From assembly GCA_963796285.1 (NCBI GenBank), contig CAWCKW010000013.1, positions 200,409 through 264,408 of the forward strand: a DNA stretch of 64,000 nt, read 5' to 3'. This stretch comes from Nitrospirota bacterium. GTDB lineage: Bacteria > Nitrospirota > UBA9217. The position numbers and the translations under genes were made by a program. Under the pieces are notes generated by a model. That model saw only the letters and a program-made list of their open reading frames with translations, was not told where the DNA came from and made no database searches. Shown piece by piece: positions 28,821 to 37,989 of this stretch (the first letter of the stretch is position 1; every line of letters begins with the position of its first letter).

Positions 28821-30296
28821 CTACTTCGGTTTCCACACCGTGCCGTCGGACCGGTCGAAAAGCTCCACTCCGCCGTCGTCAAGAACCTTGCGTATCCGAT
28901 CGGCCTCGGCCCAATCCTTACGCGCCCGGGCCTCGTTCCGGAGATGAATGAGTTCCTCGATCCGTTCGACGGAGAGCGAAACCTTGCTGTCAGCGAGCCT
29001 TCCCTCCTTGAACCATTCCTCGGGATCGCGGAGGAATATGCCGAGGGTCTTGTTCACATCGTCGAAGGACGCTGCTGCTGCCGACAACAGCAAGGTCACG
29101 GCGTCTTCGTTCTTTTTGTCCGCTTCCGCAAGGACTCTATTCACCTCGCGGACCAGATCGTAGATAAGCCCGATGGCGAAGGCGGTGTTGAAGTCATCAT
29201 CCATGGCTTCTTCAAATGCCCTGGGCAGATTCAGGATCTTTTCATAAAGCGGCCGGTCAACGACCTCAATGACATCCTCGGGCCTGACTGCAGGATGTCT
29301 CTTCCCGGCGAGAAACTTTAATATCCCTTCCTTCATCGTATAAAATCGGTCGATCCCCGCCCGTGCGTCCTTAAGGTTCGCATCGGAAAAATCGATCGGG
29401 CTGCGGTAGTGCGTGGATAGCAAGAACAGCCTCACCACCTCTCCGTCATACTGGTTCAGGATGTCCCGGATGGTAAAAAAGTTGCCGAGCGACTTGGACA
29501 TCTTCTCCTGGTTGATGTTCACGAACCCATTATGGAGCCAGTAGTTCACGAACGTTTTGCCCGAGTAGGCCTCGCTCTGCGCGATCTCGTTCTCGTGGTG
29601 CGGGAAAATCAGGTCCTTGCCGCCTGCATGAATATCGAAGGTCTGTCCCAGGTGCTTGAACCCCATGGCCGTGCACTCGATATGCCATCCCGGCCTGCCC
29701 GGCCCCCAAGGGCTGTCCCAAACCGGCTCGTCCGGCTTCGATTTCTTCCAGAGGGCGAAATCGAGCGGATCGACCTTGCGCTCGTCAACCTCTACACGCG
29801 CTCCTGCTTTCAGGTCATCGAGGTTCCGTTTTGAGAGTTTGCCATACTCCTTGAAGCTAGCCACGCGGAAGAACACGTCACCATCAATAACGTAGGCATG
29901 TCCTTTTGCCACAAGACCCTTAATGACCTCGATCATCTCTGCAATATGCTCCGTGGCCTTGGGCTCGAGGTCCGGCCTGCCAACACCCAATCGCTTCATG
30001 TCCTCCTGATACGCAACGATGTACTTATGCGCCACCTCTGAGGCAGTGATCCCTTCCTCCTTCGCGCGGTTAATGATCTTGTCGTCGACATCAGTGAAAT
30101 TCCGCACATAGGTCACGTCAAAACCCTTACGCCTGAAGTACCTCTGGATCAGGTCAAAAGCCACGGCCCCGCGTGCATGTCCGAGGTGGGAAAAATCATA
30201 CACGGTCACACCGCAGGCATACATGGTCATTTTGCCGGGATGAATCGGGATAAATTCCTCTTTTTTCCCGCTCAATGTATTGTAAAGCTTTATCAT
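28821..30296 (-). CDS. cysS: Cysteine--tRNA ligase
   Basis: HIGH-type motif HLGHARG and KMSKSLGN are present. I place the start at MIKLYNTLSGKKEEF (ATG at 30296) rather than at the upstream ORF-track Met. Confidence 0.93.
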   Translation of the reverse strand: MIKLYNTLSGKKEEFIPIHPGKMTMYACGVTVYDFSHLGHARGAVAFDLIQRYFRRKGFDVTYVRNFTDVDDKIINRAKEEGITASEVAHKYIVAYQEDMKRLGVGRPDLEPKATEHIAEMIEVIKGLVAKGHAYVIDGDVFFRVASFKEYGKLSKRNLDDLKAGARVEVDERKVDPLDFALWKKSKPDEPVWDSPWGPGRPGWHIECTAMGFKHLGQTFDIHAGGKDLIFPHHENEIAQSEAYSGKTFVNYWLHNGFVNINQEKMSKSLGNFFTIRDILNQYDGEVVRLFLLSTHYRSPIDFSDANLKDARAGIDRFYTMKEGILKFLAGKRHPAVRPEDVIEVVDRPLYEKILNLPRAFEEAMDDDFNTAFAIGLIYDLVREVNRVLAEADKKNEDAVTLLLSAAAASFDDVNKTLGIFLRDPEEWFKEGRLADSKVSLSVERIEELIHLRNEARARKDWAEADRIRKVLDDGGVELFDRSDGTVWKPK

Positions 30297-30428
30297 AGAC
30301 AAACAGTCCTCAGGTGATGTAAGCTTTTCGTAGGATAATGGCTGTTCCGCCTCAGTCGGAGTGAAGTGAAATATTATAGATTGCGGCAATCTTTGTCAAG
30401 AAGTTTCGCATACAAGAGGGGGCCAACC

Positions 30429-30935
30429 ATGACAGTCAAACCATGCAGATTCGTAGTACAGGAGCACAAAGCCTCGCGACCCCACTATGATTTCCGTCTG
30501 GAGATCAATGGCGTGCTCAAGTCCTGGGCGATCCCCAAGGGTCCGTCCATGAATCCCGCGGACAAGCGGCTCGCCATCATGGTTCCTGATCATGTGCTCG
30601 AATACATAGACTTCGAAGGCATCATTCCCGAGGGCAATTATGGCGCTGGACCGGTGGTCGTTTGGGATGCAGGAGAATTCGTGTTGCTTGAGGCCGACGG
30701 TCCTGACGAGGCGCTGACAGCAGGCAAGCTCACTTTTGAATTGAACGGGAAGAAGCTCAAAGGCGTCTTCACCCTTGCGCAGATGAAGGGCCTCCCAAAG
30801 GGCACGGGAAAAGAATGGCTGCTCATAAAGAAGAAGGATACTTATGCGCTGCCCTACTTTGCGATAAAGACGGAGCTTACGCCCGTAAAAATCTCAAAGC
30901 TTAAAGAACGGAAGCCGCCCTGCGATACAGAGTAG
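30429..30935 (+). CDS. Standalone DNA ligase D-type 3'-phosphoesterase (LigD PE domain) protein
   Basis: FVVQEHKASRPHYDFRLEINGVLKSWAIPKGPS... matches the hallmark N-terminal motifs of the LigD PE domain. It is about 168 aa from the ATG at 30429, with no ligase or polymerase domain attached. Confidence 0.8.
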   Translation: MTVKPCRFVVQEHKASRPHYDFRLEINGVLKSWAIPKGPSMNPADKRLAIMVPDHVLEYIDFEGIIPEGNYGAGPVVVWDAGEFVLLEADGPDEALTAGKLTFELNGKKLKGVFTLAQMKGLPKGTGKEWLLIKKKDTYALPYFAIKTELTPVKISKLKERKPPCDTE

Positions 30936-31072
30936 ATCTACTACCTTCTTCCCGCCCAAGGGAACTCCCGTTTCTTCCCCGGCCTGCCTAAAGTAATAAA
31001 GAGGATAAAACCGCAACCCGCGCAACCAAAACCGGCTGGGGGCAAGGCCAGTCTCAGTAAAAGAAATTTTTC

Positions 31073-31101
31073 TTGAGTTTTGCCTCATAAAATACTATAG
31101 T
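31073..31101 (+). promoter_or_regulatory. Possible sigma70-type promoter upstream of hemE
   Basis: TTGAGT (31073-31078), a 17-nt spacer, then TATAGT (31096-31101), about 100 nt upstream of the hemE ATG. Confidence 0.3.
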
Positions 31102-31201
31102 AAGCGCTCATTGGTTCGCTACGGAAGACGCCCCTATGCGCTCCCTTCTGTTCTCTGCACTCGCTGCGGCAGAACATACCATCACTTTCAGGAGATCTAT
31201 A

Positions 31202-32233
31202 ATGTCCAGAGCAGACAGGTTCATCAATGCATGCAGACGTCAGCCGGTGGACTGCACCCCGGTGTGGATGATGCGCCAGGCGGGACGCTATTTGCCGGAA
31301 TACCGAGAGATCAGGGCGAAGCACACCTTCCTCGAGATGTGCAAAACACCCGAGCTCGCCGCGGAGGTGACGATCCAGCCGATCCGTCGCTACGAAATCG
31401 ACGCGGCCATCATCTTCGCGGACATCCTGCTGCCGCTCGAGCCCATGGGCATCGGCCTCGAATTCGCCAAGGGCGAGGGCCCGGTGATCCACAATCCCGT
31501 TCGCACCATGTCGGACGTGCAGAAGCTCAAGCCCATCGACGCGGCAACACAGATCGAATACCTCATGACGGCGATCAAGATCGTCCTGAAGGAACTGAAC
31601 GGCAAGGTGCCTCTGATCGGATTCTCAGGCGCGCCCTTTACGCTTGCCTCGTATATCATCGAAGGCGGCGGGTCAAGAAATTACGAGCACGCCAAGACCA
31701 TGATGTTCGCCGAGCCGAAGGCCTGGCACAAGCTCATGGAACATCTGACCGGCGTCATCATCAACTACCTGAACGCCCAGATCGACACCGGCGTGCAGGT
31801 GGTCCAGCTCTTCGACTCCTGGGTCGGCGCGCTCGGACCCGCGGACTACCGCGAGTTCGTTCTGCCTCACCAGAAGAACGTGATCGCCGGCGTCAAGAAG
31901 ACCGTGCCGCTCATCCACTTCGCCAACGGGGCAACGCATTTGCTTGAGATGGTTGCGGAAGCGGGCGGCGACGTGATCGGACTCGACTGGCGATGCAACC
32001 TGGACGAGGCCTGGAAGCGCGTGGGACATGACAAGGGGGTACAGGGAAACATCGACCCCATCTCGCTCTTCGGCACGAAGGAATTCATCCGCAAGCGCAC
32101 CAAGGAGATCCTTGACCGCGCCGGAAACAGAAACGGCCACATCATGAACCTGGGGCACGGCATCCTGCAGCAAACGCCGCTCGACCACGCTGCAGAGTTC
32201 ATCAACGCAACGCATGAAATGAGCAAGAGATAG
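31202..32233 (+). CDS. hemE: Uroporphyrinogen decarboxylase
   Basis: The start is taken at MSRADRFINACRRQPVDCTPVWMMRQAGRYLPEYREIR (signature PVWxMRQAGRYLPEY), giving 343 aa. Confidence 0.93.
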   Translation: MSRADRFINACRRQPVDCTPVWMMRQAGRYLPEYREIRAKHTFLEMCKTPELAAEVTIQPIRRYEIDAAIIFADILLPLEPMGIGLEFAKGEGPVIHNPVRTMSDVQKLKPIDAATQIEYLMTAIKIVLKELNGKVPLIGFSGAPFTLASYIIEGGGSRNYEHAKTMMFAEPKAWHKLMEHLTGVIINYLNAQIDTGVQVVQLFDSWVGALGPADYREFVLPHQKNVIAGVKKTVPLIHFANGATHLLEMVAEAGGDVIGLDWRCNLDEAWKRVGHDKGVQGNIDPISLFGTKEFIRKRTKEILDRAGNRNGHIMNLGHGILQQTPLDHAAEFINATHEMSKR

Positions 32234-32257
32234 GACCAGGGTCAAGGGTTCGATAGC

Positions 32258-32316
32258 CAGGGTTCAGGGTAAAGACTTTCCCGGCCCTCGGACCCTGAAC
32301 CCTGACCCCCTTTTTA
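32258..32316 (+). terminator. Perfect 13-bp hairpin plus T-run between hemE and hemH (terminator or attenuator-like)
   Basis: CAGGGTTCAGGGT (32258-32270) pairs with ACCCTGAACCCTG (32292-32304), followed by ACCCCCTTTTT. A near-copy of the left arm (CCAGGGTCAAGGGT) lies just upstream. Confidence 0.5.
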
Positions 32317-32318
32317 TA

Positions 32319-33218
32319 ATGTCGAATCTCACCGCCGTCATACTCATCGCCCTTGGCGGACCCCGTTCACTTGACGAAGTCGGGCCATTTATGGCTGCCT
32401 TCATGGAACGTCCTGCGCCGGTGCCCGTCGTCACCGCCGTGGTCGAGCGTTACAAGCTCATCGGCGGCAAGTCCCCCCTTCCCGACCTCGTCAAGGCCCA
32501 GGCAGACGCCTTGGAAAAAGAACTCGGCACCGGGTATCGGGCATACGAAGGATTCCGATATACCAAGCCGATGGTGGCTGAATCATTCGACCGGGCCATC
32601 AAGGACGGAGCTCGTCGCGTGATCGCGCTTTCCATGTCGCCTTTCTCAACCGAGGTCACGACCGGCGCATACAGAAGCGCCTGCAATGGGCTGGGAAGCG
32701 GGGAAACCTGCCCGCTCTTTATCCCGAGCTGGCATGACAATCCCCTGTTCATCGACTCATGGGGTGAAAAGGTCCGAGCAGGACTTGCCAGGTTTCCAGA
32801 AACTCTGCGGGACCGGGTCGTCGTCATCTTCACGAGTCACAGCATCCCCATCCGATACATCGCAGCCGGCGACCCGTACCAAAAACAAGTTGAAGAAACT
32901 GTCGGTCTTGTCGTCAACAAGACCGGAATAAAAAACTGGCGCATTGCCTGGCAAAGCAAGGGTGCGCGGGCGACGGAACCCTGGATCGGGCCCGAGGTAG
33001 AGCCCACGCTTGACCAGATCGCCCGTGAAGGCTTCAAATCGATTCTTGAAGTTCCTATCGGTTTCACCTGTGACCACATGGAGACGCTCTATGACATCGA
33101 TATCGTCCATCGGGCGCATGCGAAAAAGCTGGGGCTCAAGTTTGAACGCGCTGAGTCTCTGAACACCTCGCCGCTCTTTATTAAAACCCTGGCGGATATT
33201 ATAAAAAAAATAGTATAA
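32319..33218 (+). CDS. hemH: Ferrochelatase (proto- or coproporphyrin type)
   Basis: 299 aa with the typical N-terminus AVILIALGGPRSLDEVGPFM, ...RYKLIGGKSPL..., and C-terminal FTCDHMETLYDIDI. Confidence 0.88.
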   Translation: MSNLTAVILIALGGPRSLDEVGPFMAAFMERPAPVPVVTAVVERYKLIGGKSPLPDLVKAQADALEKELGTGYRAYEGFRYTKPMVAESFDRAIKDGARRVIALSMSPFSTEVTTGAYRSACNGLGSGETCPLFIPSWHDNPLFIDSWGEKVRAGLARFPETLRDRVVVIFTSHSIPIRYIAAGDPYQKQVEETVGLVVNKTGIKNWRIAWQSKGARATEPWIGPEVEPTLDQIAREGFKSILEVPIGFTCDHMETLYDIDIVHRAHAKKLGLKFERAESLNTSPLFIKTLADIIKKIV

Positions 33219-33310
33219 TAGGTAAGTCACCGAAGATAGCAAAGACGAAGAATAAGGGTAAGAACTTCTTCTTGGTGACTTGATAAGATCGTGGTAAAAA
33301 GAGGACATAC

Positions 33311-34735
33311 ATGCCAAGAGTCATCATAATAGGCGGTGGCATCGCCGGCCTGGCAGCTGCCGTCCATCTCAAGTCCGGGGCCAAGGCCTACGGCAAGACC
33401 ATTGATGTGCTGCTGCTCGAAAAGAACAGTCGTATCGGCGGCAAAATCGTTACCGAGAAACACGACAAGTACCTCATCGAAGGCGGGCCCGACAGCTTCC
33501 TTCCGGAAAAGGTCTGGTCCGTGAATCTCGCTCGCCATCTCGGCCTCGGGCCAGAGATGCTGCCGTCAAACGACCAGTTCAAGGGGACCTTCATCTATTC
33601 ACGGGAAAGACTTCACTCCTTGCCGGAAGGCGTGATGCTCATGGTCCCCACTTCGTTCTGGCCTATGGCTAAGTCCCACCTCATCACCTGGCCCGGCAAG
33701 ATCCGGATGGGAATGGAACTGTTCGTGCCGAAACGGAGATCACGGGATGATGAAAGCCTTGCCTCTTTCGTCACCCGCAGGCTTGGCCGTGAGTGTCTGG
33801 AAAAGATCGCGGAACCTCTCGTGGCCGGTATCCATACGTCGAATCCCGATAACATGAGCGTCCTCGCGACATTTCCACGCTTTGTGCAGATGGAGCAGAA
33901 GAGCGGAAGCCTGATCCTCGGCATGATCTCAACCATGAAGGCCCGGCCTCACGCAACGCTCAGCGGCCCATCATCCAAAGCCGGATCGCCGAAAATGACC
34001 TACTTCATGAGCTTCAAGAACGGCATGCAGACCCTGTCACAGGCCTGCGCGGATCTCATTGGTCGGGATTCGATCCGGCTCAACGCCGGGGTCAAGGCTG
34101 TTGAGCCGAAGGGGAATAGATACGCGGTGATTCTCGAGAATGGCGAGGCCCTTGAGGCAGACCATGTCATGCTGGCCCCGGCTGCTTACGATTCCGCTAA
34201 CATGATTAAAGGAATGGATGCGAACCTTGCCGCGCAGATGAACACGATTGAATGGTCGTCGTCCGCCACGGTCTCGATCGCGTTCAAGAAGGAAGATGTG
34301 AAGGTCCCGCTCAAAGGGTTCGGGTTCATCGTACCCCGTGTTGAGGGCAGGCGGATCAACGCAGCCACCTACAGCTCCATCAAGTGGTCCTACCGCGCGC
34401 CTGACGACACGATCCTGGTCCGCGTCTTTGTTGGAGGCGGCCACCACGAAGAGCTCGTACACGAGCTCGATGAAGCGGGCATGGTCAGGATGGTGCTCGA
34501 AGAGCTGGATACCGTCCTCGGAATCAAGGCAAATCCCCTGTTCTCGAAAGTCTACCGCTGGTACAGGGGGATGCCGAAGTACACGGTAGGGCATCTCGAT
34601 CGGATCGCGCTCATGGACCGAATGCTCGCCACCCATCCGGGACTTCATCTTATCGGCTGCTCGTACAAGGGGATAGGCATCGGCGACTGTGTGCATGAGG
34701 CGCAGATCGCAGCGGAGAAGATATTGAAGAGTTAG
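33311..34735 (+). CDS. hemY: HemY-type protoporphyrinogen/coproporphyrinogen III oxidase (FAD)
   Basis: 474 aa with the dinucleotide-binding N-terminus VIIIGGGIAGLAAAVHL and ...GGKIVTEKHDKYLIEGGPDSF.... It follows hemE-hemH. Confidence 0.88.
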   Translation: MPRVIIIGGGIAGLAAAVHLKSGAKAYGKTIDVLLLEKNSRIGGKIVTEKHDKYLIEGGPDSFLPEKVWSVNLARHLGLGPEMLPSNDQFKGTFIYSRERLHSLPEGVMLMVPTSFWPMAKSHLITWPGKIRMGMELFVPKRRSRDDESLASFVTRRLGRECLEKIAEPLVAGIHTSNPDNMSVLATFPRFVQMEQKSGSLILGMISTMKARPHATLSGPSSKAGSPKMTYFMSFKNGMQTLSQACADLIGRDSIRLNAGVKAVEPKGNRYAVILENGEALEADHVMLAPAAYDSANMIKGMDANLAAQMNTIEWSSSATVSIAFKKEDVKVPLKGFGFIVPRVEGRRINAATYSSIKWSYRAPDDTILVRVFVGGGHHEELVHELDEAGMVRMVLEELDTVLGIKANPLFSKVYRWYRGMPKYTVGHLDRIALMDRMLATHPGLHLIGCSYKGIGIGDCVHEAQIAAEKILKS

Positions 34736-34763
34736 GCAGGCAACTTGTTGGGATACGATATTT

Positions 34764-34796
34764 GGCCGAAGGGCTATGCCCCTCGGTCTTTTTTAT
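34764..34796 (+). terminator. Rho-independent terminator after hemY
   Basis: GGCCGAAGGGCTATGCCCCTCGGTC hairpin followed by TTTTTTATT. Confidence 0.55.
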
Positions 34797-34880
34797 TCCT
34801 GTAGCGAACGACGAATCGTCAGTAAACTGTCGCTTCATGAGGATATCAGTAGCAAAAGCATCTAAGTAAAATGTAAATAC

Positions 34881-36168
34881 TCGGAGTCATTGACGTCCGC
34901 TAAAAACTAAAAAGGCATGGCCTGAATACCTCGATTGTTGGATAATAGGATTCGCCAGAACACTATTCCAGCAAGGAGGAACAAGCCATGCGCAAGTTGG
35001 AAACGATCTTCGGAGAGTTGCTGAAACTTGTACCGAGATATCAGTTCGAAAAAGCCGTAAAACAGTACCAGGGAGACAGATACGTCAAGTCCTATACGAC
35101 GTGGCACCAGTATATCACGATCTTGTTCTCCCAGGTCAAGCAAAAAGACAGTATCCGGGACATCGTGACGGGACTGGAAGCTAACGAGTCCCGATGGTAT
35201 CACCTGGGGCTCACCGGCATTCACCGGAGCACTTTCTCGGATGCCAACAACAAGCGGAGCTTTCAGATATTTGAAGATTTGTTTTATCATCTTCTCTCTC
35301 GCTGCAAGGACTTGACACCGAAACATCGGTTCAAGTTCAAAAATGAATTGTATTCAATCGATGCTTCAGTGATCGATCTTTGCCTCTCGGTCTTTCCCTG
35401 GGCCAAGTTCAGAAAGACCAAGGGAGCGATTAAGATGCATTGCCTCTATGACCACTCCGGGGCACTGCCGTCGTTTGTAACGATCACCGATGGTAAGAAA
35501 CACGATGTCACGGTGGCTAAGGACGTCGGTTTCCCCCTGTCTCCGGACAGCATCGTTTCTGTAGATCGGGCGTATATCGACTACAAATGGCTGAATTCAC
35601 TGGACGAAAAGCGCGTCTGGTTCGTCACTCGCGCCAAGTCCAATATCGATTGTGTCGTTACCGGACAGCATCCGGTTTCCGGGAAAGGGGTCCGGAAAGA
35701 CCAAACGATTCTTTTAGCCGGACCCCGAACGAAGCACCATTATCCCAAAGAACTTCGGATGATCGAGTTCTACGATGAAGGAAACCAAGAAGCACCTGAC
35801 GTTCCTCACCAACAATATGAAACTCGCGGCATCAACGATAGCGGCGATCTATAAGTCCCGGTGGCAAATAGAACTGTTCTTCAAATGGATCAAACAGAAC
35901 CTGAAGATCAAATCGTTCCTCGGGACCAGCAAAAACGCCGTAATGACTCAAATCTGGGTGGCAATGAGCTATTATTTGCTGCTCACATACATCAAATACC
36001 AGACGAAGTACGACACTCCCTGCTGACTTTGAGTCGCCTTATCAGGGAAACGCTTTTTGAACGAAAGAACCTAATCGATATTCTTACATTGAAACCCGAA
36101 CGGCTCTTAGCCGTTCGAGATGAGCCCATACAGGGATTGCTGTTTTAACCGGACAGCGATGACTCGGA
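34881..36168 (+). mobile_element. IS4-family-like insertion sequence (~1.29 kb) with imperfect terminal inverted repeats
   Basis: The left end is TCGGAGTCATTGACGTCCG (34881-34899). The right end, reverse-complemented, is TCCGAGTCATCGCTGTCCG (36150-36168), a 15/19 match. The ends enclose a DDE transposase reading frame. Confidence 0.7.
34988..36026 (+). pseudogene. IS4-family DDE transposase, frame broken near 35778-35782
   Basis: The N-part is 288 aa (...SIDASVIDLC...VSVDRAYIDYKWL...). The C-part ETKKHLTFLTNNMKLAASTIAAIYKSRWQIELFFKWIKQNLKIKSFLG (YKxRWQIExxFKxxK motif) is in the next frame. The total of 1039 nt is 1 mod 3. Confidence 0.75.
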
Positions 36169-36429
36169 TTCATAAATAACATTCAAGCCCCACACGATTC
36201 ATCTACTAGATGAGTCATGTACCATTGACAACAACGGGGCTAAAGTCCACTCCGGCCTCCGGATCCAGGCTACTGCGCTGTCAAATCGTTGGCAGCAGTA
36301 ACGATCAGAATATATAAAGGGACATCCTGTTCTGATTTTTTCAACTCAGGGTGTCCCTTGTTTTGCTTTCTGGACATTTTATCGGAGGAGCAGGCAGGGA
36401 TATCCAGCCTAAGGCTTTGCGTAAATAGT

Positions 36430-37132
36430 CTACAGGTCACGGTGTTGCGATTTGATCGATGTATGTTCTATATAGTCGGCCAGAAGTCGTTTGGTCTTCG
36501 CAGTGATATCTGTAAACATGAGTCCGTATTGATGGTCTTCATGTCCCGGGGTTTGCTCAAGGGACACTGATGATCTTGCCTGAAACCTCGATTTTCAGTG
36601 CATTGGGGAGATAGAACGTGCAGAACAACCGGGTGCCTTCGGCAAGAGGAGTATCGCTTTCGATCAGCATTCCCGTGGCGCTGATATTCCTGACGCGGCT
36701 CAAGAATGGTTCATCATCAATGCGGCCATCAACGCTGGCGCTCAGGAGAACGCGGAGCATCTCCCTCGCGGCAATATCAAGGAGCTGCTGCGCTTTTACC
36801 ATGAGCACGAAGGGGTGGACCGGATACTGCAACACTACGTTCGCCCTGCATTGCACGCTCCGCTCGGTCGCTTCCGGGGTGTCTGCACAGACCATGATCA
36901 TGGAAACTGCCCGGAGGTCCTCATCCTCCCTGATCATTGAACAGAACTGCTCGCTGGCCATGCCGGGCATATCAAGTTGAGCGATAATGAGGTTCACCCG
37001 CTCGACTCGATGAATTTTCAGCGCCTCATCGCTCGTTGCTGCGACAAGTACCCTGAGGTCCGTCCGTTTCAGGAAGGCATCATTCTGTTCTAATAAAACG
37101 TGAAGATCGCGCGCGATCAGTATTTTTTTCAT
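36430..37132 (-). CDS. Receiver-like (REC) domain / PilZ domain protein, frame broken near 36560
   Basis: The REC-like N-terminus is KKILIARD...LIIAQLDMPGM. The PilZ motifs are REMLR (RxxxR) and NISATG. The PilZ C-terminus (SVSLEQTPGHEDHQYGLMFTDITAKTKRLLADYIEHTS...) continues in another frame to a stop at 36430. The total of 703 nt is 1 mod 3. Confidence 0.65.
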
Positions 37133-37266
37133 GACTGACTCGGATAGCCTCCCCGAGAAGACAGTACTATAACTCGATTATATTTGCAAGGTAGTTTTTA
37201 CGCGCGAAAAGGCAGGACGGGTCTTGAGCGGTAGCAAAAACCTGACCCAGTCCGTCCCCCCGAGCT

Positions 37267-37839
37267 TCAGCCCTTTTCCCGATACCGGAAACAATCGACG
37301 ACATGGTCGTTGACCATTCCTACAGCCTGCATGAAGGAATAGCAGATGGTCGGTCCGACGAACTTGAACCCCCGTTTCTTAAGGTCCCTGCTCATGGCTT
37401 CAGCCTCAGGTGTAGTTACGGGTATCTCAGCAAGACGTTGGCATGCGTGGCGGATCTGCTTTCCCCCCACGAATCGCCAGAGGTACGCGTCCAGCGAACC
37501 GAACTCCTTCTGGGCTTCCAGGACCAGCCGGGCATTGGTTATGGCGGCCTCGATCTTTAACCGGTTACGGATGATGCCTTCATCCTTCAGCAGCCGCTGC
37601 ATGTCCCGAATCGTGAATCGCGCCACGACCGCGGGGTCGAAACCCCGAAAGGCCTTCCGATAGTTCTCGCGCTTCTTGAGCACCGTGGACCAGGACAACC
37701 CGGCCTGCGCGCCCTCCAGCACGAGGAACTCGAAAAGCTTCCGGTCGTCATGGAGCGGTACGCCCCATTCCTCGTCATGATAAGCGATCATCAGCGGATC
37801 GTCTGACGTCCAGGAGCACCGTTTGACATTCTTCTTCAT
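37267..37839 (-). CDS. tag: DNA-3-methyladenine glycosylase I
   Basis: 190 aa, CSWTSDDPLMIAYHDEEWGVPLHDDRKLFEFLVLEGAQAGLSWSTVLKKRENYR..., a close match to the Tag family pattern. Confidence 0.88.
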   Translation of the reverse strand: MKKNVKRCSWTSDDPLMIAYHDEEWGVPLHDDRKLFEFLVLEGAQAGLSWSTVLKKRENYRKAFRGFDPAVVARFTIRDMQRLLKDEGIIRNRLKIEAAITNARLVLEAQKEFGSLDAYLWRFVGGKQIRHACQRLAEIPVTTPEAEAMSRDLKKRGFKFVGPTICYSFMQAVGMVNDHVVDCFRYREKG

Positions 37840-37989
37840 GGCAACTCACTTTCTTGAACCGGGTCATAAACCGGTTTTTGCGCAGAAGCAGTCTGGAAGT
37901 ATAAGGGTGGTCCCTAAACGAAAGGCCGGAGAAATTTCTCTCCGGCGATGATCTTTTAAACGTACGTAACGCTGGACTCGACCAAATAG

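Noticed and set aside
31085-32245. Alternative-frame and antisense ORFs lie inside hemE: 31111-31947 + (278 aa, Arg-rich), 31085-31492 -, and 31673-32245 -.
   Set aside because: The hemE frame carries the uroporphyrinogen decarboxylase signature. The others are compositional artefacts with Arg/His/Gly-rich sequences.
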